DNA of 64,000 nucleotides from an uncultured Verrucomicrobiaceae bacterium (GTDB lineage Bacteria; Pseudomonadota; Gammaproteobacteria; Pseudomonadales; CAMLJR01): NCBI GenBank assembly GCA_964386045.1, contig CAYLRA010000003.1, positions 9,006 to 73,005 of the forward strand, read 5' to 3'. Shown piece by piece: positions 58,501 to 64,000 of this stretch (position 1 is its first letter; each line of letters starts with the position of its first letter). The notes under the pieces were generated by a model. It saw only the letters and a program-made list of their open reading frames with translations, ran no database searches and was not told where the DNA came from. The position numbers and the translations under genes were made by a program.

Positions 58501-60249
58501 ATTCGCGCCGGCGGCGACATCGGCGCCGCCAGCATCGTGATCCAGCACGCCGACCAGCACTCGATCAGCGAAATCCTGGCCGGCGGCGATATCCGCTACG
58601 GCGTCGAGGTACTGCCGTCCGGCCAGGTCTCGCTCGGCATCGGCCAGATCCGCATCAGCGGGCCGGGCCGCCTCGACGTGATCGCCGGCGGCGACATCGA
58701 CCTCGGCATCTCCGGCGGCATCGAATCGCTCGGCAACTACAACAGCAGCAACCGGGCGATCGCCGACAACGGCGCCGACATCACCGTGATGGCGGGCATC
58801 AACGGCGCCACCGCGGTGACCGACGAATCGCTCTACGCCGGCTTAGCGCAGCGCTATTTCGCGGAGAGCGATGCGCTGACGACCAGCTTCATCGACTGGT
58901 TCGCCGCCGGCGGTTTCGACGGCGACGCGGCGCAGCTGGTCGGCGTCTTCACTGGCCGTGCCTATGGCAGCAACGCACAGGCGATCGCCGAGTTCGGCAC
59001 GCTGCCGGTACTGACGCGCCAGGTCATCGCGCTGGAGGCTTACCAGCTGCACAAGGCGGCGGTGCAGTCGAGCGCGTCGGCGGCCGACTACGCGGCGGCG
59101 GGCGGTCACCGCGGCGCCTACTCGGCGGAGCTGGTCGATTTCGTCAGCTCCGAGCGCTTCGCCGGCGAACTCGCCAGTCATGTCGCCGCGGTGACGGGAG
59201 AGAGCTACGCCTCTCGTCGCGATGCGGCGGCGGCGCTGGCGCTGCTGTCGGCGGACCGGCAGCACGCCGTCGCGCGCGCGGCACTCGACAGCGCGCCGTT
59301 GATCGCGCGCCGCGAACTGGTGCTCGACACGCTGGTGGCGGAGGTGCGCAGCGGCGGCATCGAGGATGCCCGCGGCTTCCTCGGCAATCGGGGCGGGTTG
59401 AACGGTTTCGAGCGCAGCGATGCCGCGATCGGGCTGCTCTTTCCCGGCGACGACTGGCGCGGCGATTTCAGCCTCGCCTTCACCGCGCTGCGCACGCTCG
59501 ACGAGGGCGACATCAACATCTTCACGCCGGGCGGCAAGATCGACGTCGGCCTCGCCGGCACCGTGGCCGGTTTCAACAAGAGCGCCGACCAGCTCGGCAT
59601 CGTCACCTCGCGCTACGGCGCCATCAACGCCATCGCGCGCGACGACATCAACGTCAACGCCTCGCGCATCTTCTCGCTCGACGGCGCGCCGATCACGCTC
59701 TGGTCGAGCCAGGGCGACATCGACGCCGGCAAGGGGGCGAAGACCGCCGTCAACGTGCCGCCGCCGCAGTTCGTGCTGCAGGAGGACGGAACGATCTCGA
59801 CGGTGTTTCCGCCGAGCGTCGCCGGTTCTGGCATCCAGGCGGCGAACAATCTGCAGAAGCGCGCCACCGACCTGGGCGCACTGGTCGACGGCGCCATCCT
59901 CGTCGACCGCCAGCGCTTCCACCGCAGCCTGGCCGGCGGCAACGCCTACCTGTTCGCGCCGCGCGGCACCATCGATGCGGGCGATGCCGGCATCGCCGTC
60001 GGCGGCGACCTGTTGCTGGCAGCACAACAAGTCGTCGGTGCCGACAACATCAGCGTCGGCGGCATTTCGATCGGCGTGCCGACCACCACCGCGGTCAGCG
60101 CCAACACGATCAGTCTCGGCGACGTCGCATCGAGCGCGACGGAGTCGGCCACCAGTTCGATGAACGATGCGATCAGGGAGACCGCCGAGGCGCTGGCCGA
60201 GGCGTCGGTGGCCTTCGTCACCGTCGACATCATCGGTGTCGGCGAATGA
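49519..60249 (+). CDS. Giant TpsA exoprotein (filamentous-haemagglutinin-type beta-helix, 3,576 aa)
   Basis: N-terminal TPS domain (NRAILNWESFNIGRDASVRFDQPS...ALNRIGG...SEIFGQLSANGQIYLINNNGILFG), then thousands of residues of Gly/Asp/Ala-rich beta-helix repeats. The C-terminus is of the FhaB-family DUF3739 type (LFAPRGTIDAGDAGI...). Alternative starts at 49534 and 49597. Confidence 0.85.
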   Translation: MEILTMKVRRLDRHSDRRLDLHPGSTMTESSMDSRDWRQRPLPRLLVAVTCSALLFSSSAPLYAAPPVNALPVAAGNWLQAGSAASATVGNAMTVTQSSNRAILNWESFNIGRDASVRFDQPSASASALNRIGGNAPSEIFGQLSANGQIYLINNNGILFGEGAQVNVRGLVASTLNIDSDQFLNGTLGSAIASGDAIFAGGSAVDAAIIVDSGARLVAESGGQILMFAPTVENRGEIVTPDGQTLLAASSDRVYLVNSDRDSDLRGLLVEVGTGGDVRNVGRIIAERGNITLAGLAVNQGGTLRATTSVDVNGSIRLVARDGATAVNRSTSTDNRFIANQFLDGADELTGTSGDYLPQATRTGTVTLAQGSLTEVVADDSGKSATDAALQPQSRIQMLGATIALERDARVRAPAGRVDLVATTDPATVPRPGEARIGDGRIHLAEGSSIDVSGEHVLLPVERRTIEVELRGDELKDAPLQRDGVLRGKTVRVDIHQGSPLISDLSPWLATVRKGVRERMTDGGTVNLLSAGEVVVAGGVIDVSGGSISYEAGPVSTTKLLSLGGIVDIGVANPNQRYDGILGQGESIHPKWGKTIFGSNSLFERGTWHDGYTDGAGGGLLNIETPLLYGFDRLDLRAHTVQGQRQRIAAIEPSASRLNVNLAVGNSIVERILRLSQQASSQSLAVGDAIPGDAADTPMMISAEALNRSGIGSIALKTHGDAEVTADADLQLRPGAAIAIDAATITVDGRLRSAGGSIALTTGQQPVAVTDANAQFPLRLGAGALLDVSGNWSNDLFETARGAVPTGRVARDGGSIELFADGDLLIADGARLLADAGAQLTSGNQLIGGDGGRIALTTDATVNDDAGSRLQLPADALSAYGFGRGGTLSIEANAIAVGEASADPLTLLLDEAFFARGGFGSFELNANRHGIRIADGASIALRQRNYEINDIQAASRQRSGDSVSPLARIVTLRDELRGAVDLSLTAVRGAFGALGQGRIHIGSGSRIDGDAGARIAIAGDDSIYIDGALNAPGGSISIDLKLPPNADTKENYRADLAVWFGSGAALNVAATRELRQNSAGLLLADIFDAGTIAVNAQRGAIVAEPGSLFDVSGARFAIDRQRFSGTPLLGHYRDNVAAAAGSIEFSAAEALLIHGDLRGAGVTGGQSGSLAFRLDRNLRSIPIAGSSFPVGDLQIELQQALPAWAGLDFGAALPTALRGRGLVGADAVMAGGFGSLTLGAANTDNDLSPGAISGYGVVAFASDIDAGALSLVDTLWLDATQIDLRGHRVAIGAGQVRLGQDDNGITDTQNATAQYLRTATAGSGELQLDGRFIELLGNVGISGAERVTLNSSGDIRLRALTGIDPATGIAGRVLAPAQLQTPANLHLRAAQIYPSTLTDYTIRLTGADSLFSTSASGGARTPILAAGGSLKVDAPRIEHGGVLASPLGEILLGTAATREITLLAGSNLDVSASQPVPFGRLRADIDWIYPILASAPLVIAAPPEKRVELTADAIDMRDGARIDVSGGGDITAFEFIAGPGGSRDFLDAEHAGGGFAVVPWLGSEIAPHDTVEMAGSGIASGQVVWLEGGNGLPAGNYAVLPAHYALLPGAYLVTPVGGGWSPGQRVTTTAGTQIVAGRLGRAFGAGQASAWSGFSIETGEVVRARSQYIERSGNDYFADTGVDLARDAGRVVIDADSALQLNGVIGSQSQQGRGAQLDIVANAIEVVESTGSGGAAIQLAADALNGLGVDSLLLGGRRSREGGDTRIEVSADSVVIRGGAELSVPDLLLAARDEVTLESGASIRGSGASSVETERFLLDGDGAFLRASTASQADVVRGNVDGDRGMLTLAEGSSISGVRSVLLDATADMELQGALALEQGSLNLTANRISLGDAPAGGGVSFTPAQLAALNARELRLSSRSSIDFHGSIDFASDDVQFNAGALRSMVAGDVDVTAARSLQLSNTGDVVAPASNSGGGTLRLAAARVELGNERDDDTRMTLDGFDRVELGAAQLTQQIIGQGLFELAVGGDLAMTADRVTVAGGDDTRIEAGGAVTLARAGADPLGAATPMGGTLAVNAQRIVQGGVIDLIGGALALTANGAGADDGIVLLAGSETRVAGHSIAAPQGWVSGDAGAIRLHSTNGSIEAQAGAVVDLAGGEHGGDAGLLSIGAANGDVDWQATTHANAVAGASGGSLVVDKRTLADAGQWAALAGSAGFDRRVHLRARSGDVAIDSDIRAADIEIAADGGSLLLAATLDASGGKGGRVGLHAGADLTLTESARIDASASAADGRGGRVELGTQGALNSGGESGRLLLAAGSRIDVAGGGGDGRGGSVHLRAPRVAANSDVAVDIEAGAVIAGAETVVVEGVQRYDSDTLGSALLAMALGEADSFMAGEAAIAQRLAAVQGISVRPGIEVRSDADLTVSGGDIDLSGWRFGGDDRPGVLTLRARGDIVLRASLLDGLVDDVSELAFLTPLPNRVLLPGESWSYRLVAGADGDAAAPNAVNGGAGDLIIADGADIITGAGSIDLAAGGNIEAERVDSVIASLGLSAYSTYGADPFTGFDLPLPVPDTGTLHPALLFFTGAQYLMYPERGGDVSISAGGDIRFARAQGAEREHFFSDWLVRIAGDYGTLTGLTPPFTATTWGVWASYFSYGDQWGGGAANAQGVAVLGGGDLRLDAGRDIVNLNAALPVTGKQTGRLEGGLPVENRVQLLGGGDLFATAGRDIVSPRVLVDRGEAAFRAGGGIGAASGGGLDALFAIADTRLDVRAIGDIAIGAVTNSTLIPQSRFQALFTNPNVNLLPESYFFTYTDVARVNLASAGGDISLNHDSRALLETFQSRWQISRFLPGVGGVINLNAVGKDMFSLYPGSLDASALSGDIALHGETTLFPSSHGTLRLFSGNDIRVHESGTVRMTDVPLDQLAFAHNPTDTFFTAPNTLGGFDVGAAARLLGNRPAPLDYTPIHTGDTAPNWITALHGDIDGLNVVLPKQTRIRAGGDIGAASIVIQHADQHSISEILAGGDIRYGVEVLPSGQVSLGIGQIRISGPGRLDVIAGGDIDLGISGGIESLGNYNSSNRAIADNGADITVMAGINGATAVTDESLYAGLAQRYFAESDALTTSFIDWFAAGGFDGDAAQLVGVFTGRAYGSNAQAIAEFGTLPVLTRQVIALEAYQLHKAAVQSSASAADYAAAGGHRGAYSAELVDFVSSERFAGELASHVAAVTGESYASRRDAAAALALLSADRQHAVARAALDSAPLIARRELVLDTLVAEVRSGGIEDARGFLGNRGGLNGFERSDAAIGLLFPGDDWRGDFSLAFTALRTLDEGDINIFTPGGKIDVGLAGTVAGFNKSADQLGIVTSRYGAINAIARDDINVNASRIFSLDGAPITLWSSQGDIDAGKGAKTAVNVPPPQFVLQEDGTISTVFPPSVAGSGIQAANNLQKRATDLGALVDGAILVDRQRFHRSLAGGNAYLFAPRGTIDAGDAGIAVGGDLLLAAQQVVGADNISVGGISIGVPTTTAVSANTISLGDVASSATESATSSMNDAIRETAEALAEASVAFVTVDIIGVGE

Positions 60250-62090
60250 AAACCGAACAACCTACAGAGCGAAGCAGATCCATGAAACTCCGATCGAAAC
60301 TGTCCAGTTTTCTTCTCGCCGTGCTGTTGCTGGTGCCGGGCATCTCGCAGGCGTGGTGGAACGACCAGTGGCCCTACCGGCTGCCGATCGCGGTCGATAC
60401 CTCCGCCGCCGGTGCCGCCATCGCGGACAACGTCGCCGACGCCACGGTGCTGGTGAAACTGCACTCGGGAAATTTCGGGGATTTCTTCCTGCTGCAGGAT
60501 GGGCTGGCCGACGTGCGTTTCATCGGCGAGGACGACAGGACGCCGCTGAAGTTTCATGTCGAGAGCGTCGATCTGATCAACCAGCTCATCTACATCTGGG
60601 TCAGGGTTCCGCAACTGACCGGCGGCATCGACACCGGCCGACTCTGGATGTACTACGGCAAGGCCGACGCCGTGATCGCACAGGACAGCGGCGGCAGCTT
60701 CGACGTCGCCACGGCGCTGGTGCTGCATTTCGACGCGCAGGCCTTCGGTGCCGATGCGACGGCCAACGGCAACGACGCGACCGCCGTGACGGCCACGCCG
60801 GTGACGGCGCAGATCGGTGGTGGCGCAGCCTTCGACGGCAATGGCCGCATTGACATCGCCGATGCGCCGTCGCTCGCCGTGCGCGCGGAGACGGGCGCCA
60901 CGCTGAGCCTGTGGCTGAAGCCGACCGGCGTGCAGAGCGATGCCATCCTGTTCCAGCGCGCCGGTGCCGGCAGTGAACTGACGGTCGGCGTCGATGCCGA
61001 CGGTCTCTACGCGCGCTTCGCGCGGGCGGGTCAGGTCGTGGAGACGGCGCGTGTCGCCGCGCTGCGCGCCGACAACTGGCAACACCTGGCGCTGGTGCTG
61101 GAGAGCGGGCGCATGGCGCTCTTCGTCGACGGCGGCGAAGTGGCGGGTGCGGCGCTCGAAGCGGCCGCGCTGGCGGGTGACCTGTCGATCGGCGGCGGCT
61201 TCGTCGGCGAGATCGACGAGCTGCGTTTCGACACCGTCGCGCGCAGTACCGACTGGGTGAAGCTGCAGGCCAACAACCAGGGGCTCGATCGCCTGCTGCG
61301 ACCGCAACAGGCCGAGCAGCTTGGCGATGGCGGCGGCGGTCACGGCAGCGATTTCTGGAACGTGATCGTCGGCAGTCAGGACGAGGCCGGCTGGGCGGTG
61401 CTGATCCTGCTGATGGTGATGGCCGCCATCTGTTTCGCGGTGATGATCGGCAAGGGGATCTACGTCAGCCGCGTGCAGAAGGATAACGAGCGCTTCCTGG
61501 AAAAATATCGCGAACTCGGCGCTGCCGATCCGGCCCTGCTCGATCACGAAGAGCGCGAGGAGGACAGAGAGCTGGACGACGCGCCGATCACGCAGGCGCT
61601 GTTCGGCAAGCACGATCACTTCCAGAGTTCGCCGATCTACCACGTCTATCACCGCGCCGTGCAGGAGGTGCGCGCCCGCATCGGCACCAGCGTCGGCGCG
61701 CGCGCGGCCGGGCTGACGCCGGCGGCGATCTCGGCGATTCGCGCCACGCTCGATACGCAGATCGTGCGCGAGATGCAGCGTCTCAATTCGCAGATGGTGC
61801 TGCTGACCATCGGTGTGGCCGGCGGGCCGTTCATCGGTCTGTTCGGCACCGTGATCGGCGTCATGATCGTCTTCGCGGCGATCGCCGCCAGCGGTGACGT
61901 CAACATCAATGCGATTGCGCCCGGCGTCGCGGCAGCGCTCGCCGCGACGGTCATGGGATTGTTCGTCGCCATCCCGGCGCTGTTTGCCTACAACTACCTG
62001 ATGTCGAAGATCAAGGCGATTACCGCCGACATGCGCGTTTTTTCCGACGAGCTGGTCACGCGCCTCGCCGAATACTATGGAGAGAAATAG
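60246..62090 (+). CDS. DUF2341 + LamG/ConA-like domain fused to a MotA/TolQ/ExbB proton channel
   Basis: 614 aa. Its ATG overlaps the tpsA stop (ATGA); the alternative start at 60282 gives the signal peptide MKLRSKLSSFLLAVLLLVPGISQA. WWNDQWPYRLPIAVD opens a DUF2341-type domain. ATLSLWLKP...IGGGFVGEIDELRF is LamG-like. The C-terminal ~220 aa has ExbB-type TM helices (GPFIGLFGTVIGVM, GVAAALAATVMGLFVAIPALFAYNYL). Confidence 0.75.
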   Translation: MKTEQPTERSRSMKLRSKLSSFLLAVLLLVPGISQAWWNDQWPYRLPIAVDTSAAGAAIADNVADATVLVKLHSGNFGDFFLLQDGLADVRFIGEDDRTPLKFHVESVDLINQLIYIWVRVPQLTGGIDTGRLWMYYGKADAVIAQDSGGSFDVATALVLHFDAQAFGADATANGNDATAVTATPVTAQIGGGAAFDGNGRIDIADAPSLAVRAETGATLSLWLKPTGVQSDAILFQRAGAGSELTVGVDADGLYARFARAGQVVETARVAALRADNWQHLALVLESGRMALFVDGGEVAGAALEAAALAGDLSIGGGFVGEIDELRFDTVARSTDWVKLQANNQGLDRLLRPQQAEQLGDGGGGHGSDFWNVIVGSQDEAGWAVLILLMVMAAICFAVMIGKGIYVSRVQKDNERFLEKYRELGAADPALLDHEEREEDRELDDAPITQALFGKHDHFQSSPIYHVYHRAVQEVRARIGTSVGARAAGLTPAAISAIRATLDTQIVREMQRLNSQMVLLTIGVAGGPFIGLFGTVIGVMIVFAAIAASGDVNINAIAPGVAAALAATVMGLFVAIPALFAYNYLMSKIKAITADMRVFSDELVTRLAEYYGEK

Positions 62091-62092
62091 CG

Positions 62093-62497
62093 ATGCAAGT
62101 GAGTGACGACGACAAGGTCTTCGACGACATCAACGTGACGCCGATGCTTGATCTGGCCTACGTGCTACTGATCATCTTCATCATCCTGACCACGGCCACA
62201 GTGCAGGGCATAAAGGTCAATCTGCCGAAGGCGAGCAACGCGCCGAGCCTGAACAAGCCGCAGACAAAAGCGGTGACGATCACGCAGGACGGCAGCATTT
62301 ATCTCGACGCTTACCCGGTGACGATCGAACAGCTGGAATCGCTGCTGCTGCAGTACAAGGCGGTCAATCCCGAGCTGCCGGTGGTGGTAAAGGCCGATTC
62401 GCAGATCCAGTACCAGCGCATCGTCGATGTGCTGGATGTGCTGGGGCGCGTCGAGATCAACCAGCTCGGGCTGGTGACACAGAAGCTGGTCAAGTGA
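62093..62497 (+). CDS. exbD: ExbD/TolR-family biopolymer transport protein
   Basis: 134 aa, starting 2 nt after the upstream stop. DINVTPMLDLAYVLLIIFII is followed by the periplasmic domain (VVVKADSQIQYQRIVDVLDVL). Confidence 0.85.
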   Translation: MQVSDDDKVFDDINVTPMLDLAYVLLIIFIILTTATVQGIKVNLPKASNAPSLNKPQTKAVTITQDGSIYLDAYPVTIEQLESLLLQYKAVNPELPVVVKADSQIQYQRIVDVLDVLGRVEINQLGLVTQKLVK

Positions 62498-62556
62498 TCG
62501 CTGTCATCACTTTGTTACGAAGTGGCAACACAATTCGTCGGTGATTCATCCGCCAA

Positions 62557-63207
62557 ATGCAGAAAAATTTTTCGAAAAAAAACTGGAAACGCTACCTGCC
62601 GCTGGCAATGGGCATCGCCGTGGTCATCGGTGCGGTGGTCGTCGCCATGCTGTTCCGGCAGATGTTCAAGATCGAGACGACTGAACCGAAGAAGCAGATC
62701 CAGCAGGTGACGATTATCGCGCCGCCACCTCCACCGCCGCCTCCGCCGAAGGAGGAGATCAGGGAGCCGGAGGTGCAGGAGGACATTCCGGAGGATCTGC
62801 CGGAACCGGCCGCGGTCGACGACAACAGTGCCGATGCACCTGCCGGCGAGGATCTTGGCGTGGATGCCGAGGGCAGTGCCGGTGGCGACGGCTTCGGTCT
62901 GGTCGGCAAGCGCGGGGGGCGCGGCATTCTCGGCGGTGTTGGCGGTTACGAGCAGGCGGTGCGCAACGAGATCAACGAGGCGGTGATCGCGGACAGGCAG
63001 CTCCGTCATCTCGATTACGTCGCCAACATCACGCTGCGGCTTTCCGACAATGGCGAGATAGAGACGTTCAATGTCGATCTGGTCTCCGGCAGTGCGGAGG
63101 CAAAGGCGGCGCTCGAATCGTTGCTGAGCAAAAAGCGGCGGATTTCACAGCCGCGACCGCTGGAAGCGGCCAGCCTGATAAAGCTGCGCGTTCGCTCGGT
63201 CATTTGA
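62557..63207 (+). CDS. TonB-like energy-transducer protein
   Basis: 216 aa. N-terminal TM (YLPLAMGIAVVIGAVVVAML), a Pro-rich rod (PPPPPPPPPKEEIREPEVQEDIPEDLPEP) and a small C-terminal domain. The architecture is TonB-like, but the C-terminal domain is not obviously canonical. Confidence 0.6.
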   Translation: MQKNFSKKNWKRYLPLAMGIAVVIGAVVVAMLFRQMFKIETTEPKKQIQQVTIIAPPPPPPPPPKEEIREPEVQEDIPEDLPEPAAVDDNSADAPAGEDLGVDAEGSAGGDGFGLVGKRGGRGILGGVGGYEQAVRNEINEAVIADRQLRHLDYVANITLRLSDNGEIETFNVDLVSGSAEAKAALESLLSKKRRISQPRPLEAASLIKLRVRSVI

Positions 63208-63264
63208 CGCGCCTATCGCAAAGATAGATCTCGAACATTCATCTCTGGGACATAGAGTCTGATC

Positions 63265-64000
63265 ATGAAAGCACCGGTGGGTAAAAGGCTGTTGAACTGT
63301 GCGATTTCGTTGATGGCGGCGGCATCGATGGGTGTTGGTTACGCCAGTGCCCAGGAGATGGATGCACTGAACGCGATCACCACGCAGGACCTGCTGAAGT
63401 TACTGATCGACGAGGGCGTCATCGACAAGGAAAAAGTTCGCTCACTTGCTGGAAAACTGAAGGAGCGCCAGCGCAGCCAGGCCGGCGCAGCGGTGGAACC
63501 GACCACGGCTCAGAGCAAGGACGAACGCCCGGCCGTCGAACCCGGTGTGGTACGTGTTCCCTACGTGCCGAAATATGTGAAGGACGAGATTCGCGACCAG
63601 GTGCGCATCGGGCTGAAGGAGGATGTGACGCGCGATGTGCTGAGCCAGGCCAAACAGGAGCGCTGGGGACTGCCCGGCGCGCTGCCGGAATGGGTGGAGC
63701 GGGTCAGGTTCTCCGGCGATATGCGGCTGCGCTCGGAGTCGACGCTGTTCGCCGACGGCAACACACAGGGCGACTATCTCAACATTCCCTATGTGAACAG
63801 TCGCGGCAGCTACGATGCGGCCGACCCCAACGTTTTCCTGAACACCACCGAGGATCGCCACCGTCTGCGCGCCCGTTTTCGGCTCGGTGTCAAGGCGAAG
63901 GTCAACAACGAGGTCGAGGTCGGCGCGCGCATGGTGACCGGCAACATCAACGATCCGATCAGCACCAACCAGACGCTCGGCAACTACGGCAACAAGTGGC
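63265..64000 (+). CDS. Putative porin-like outer-membrane protein (5' part; runs off the window)
   Basis: My own translation from the ATG at 63265 is open to the window end (not in the ORF track because it has no stop). Signal peptide MKAPVGKRLLNCAISLMAAASMGVGYASA, a charged coiled segment, then barrel-like RFSGDMRLRSES...RLRARFRLGVKAKV. Confidence 0.5.
   Translation, partial: MKAPVGKRLLNCAISLMAAASMGVGYASAQEMDALNAITTQDLLKLLIDEGVIDKEKVRSLAGKLKERQRSQAGAAVEPTTAQSKDERPAVEPGVVRVPYVPKYVKDEIRDQVRIGLKEDVTRDVLSQAKQERWGLPGALPEWVERVRFSGDMRLRSESTLFADGNTQGDYLNIPYVNSRGSYDAADPNVFLNTTEDRHRLRARFRLGVKAKVNNEVEVGARMVTGNINDPISTNQTLGNYGNKW

Noticed and set aside
52900-58560. 1,886-aa ORF on the minus strand inside tpsA
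   Set aside because: It is antisense to a frame with clear TPS/beta-helix sequence. Its translation is Arg/Ala/Gly/Pro low-complexity, typical of stop-poor antisense frames in high-GC DNA, and it has no RBS or recognisable domain.
59400-60249. Possible CdiA-type toxin tip at the TpsA C-terminus
   Set aside because: There is no VENN-like demarcation and no immunity-sized ORF downstream. The C-terminus instead resembles the FhaB-family DUF3739-type end and is followed by the ExbB-fusion gene.
62716-62750. CCG/CCA-rich simple repeat
   Set aside because: It encodes the poly-proline rod of the TonB-like protein and is not an independent DNA repeat element.
1-64000. Scan for tRNA, rRNA, CRISPR arrays, integrase/transposase genes and phage-defence cassettes
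   Set aside because: Nothing resembling T-loop/acceptor structures, regularly spaced repeats or recombinase motifs was seen by eye. A tRNAscan/Infernal/CRISPR-finder run would be needed to be certain.

Overview
High-GC proteobacterial chromosomal segment. The lpxH-ppiB-glnS-cysS housekeeping block and the gene content suggest a gamma- or betaproteobacterium. I found no rRNA, tRNA, CRISPR array, transposase or integrase by eye. The window has three blocks. (1) 0-24.2 kb is an oxygenase-rich catabolic cluster. It holds a family III CoA-transferase, SDRs, a hotdog thioesterase, three Rieske oxygenase alpha subunits, two Baeyer-Villiger-type flavin monooxygenases arranged as two paralogous BVMO->Rieske pairs, a TauD/TfdA dioxygenase, an IclR regulator, an aldehyde dehydrogenase and two ThDP enzymes. 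A parDE toxin-antitoxin pair sits inside it. Two copies of an ~85-bp nested-palindrome repeat bracket the 15-kb oxygenase core. (2) 24.5-29.7 kb is housekeeping: miaE, lpxH, ppiB, glnS, cysS. (3) 29.7-64 kb is a cell-surface island. It starts with a compact XrtA exosortase/PEP-CTERM polysaccharide locus (export protein, beta-barrel, chain-length determinant, tyrosine-kinase-like ATPase, ExeA-like ATPase, O-antigen-ligase-like protein, fused XrtA-EpsI, GT4 priming transferase, PrsT) with three PEP-CTERM substrate genes. It continues with an operon in which a TpsB transporter and a 3,576-aa TpsA beta-helix exoprotein are followed directly by a DUF2341/LamG-ExbB fusion, ExbD, a TonB-like protein and a porin-like gene that runs off the window. 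Two near-identical structured leaders match the c-di-GMP-I (GEMM-I, type 2) riboswitch architecture. One precedes a PEP-CTERM gene and the other precedes the TPS/motor operon. The riboswitch-led TPS + ExbB/ExbD/TonB-like operon is my top candidate for an undescribed system. All calls rest on motif and architecture recognition by eye; no database search was run.
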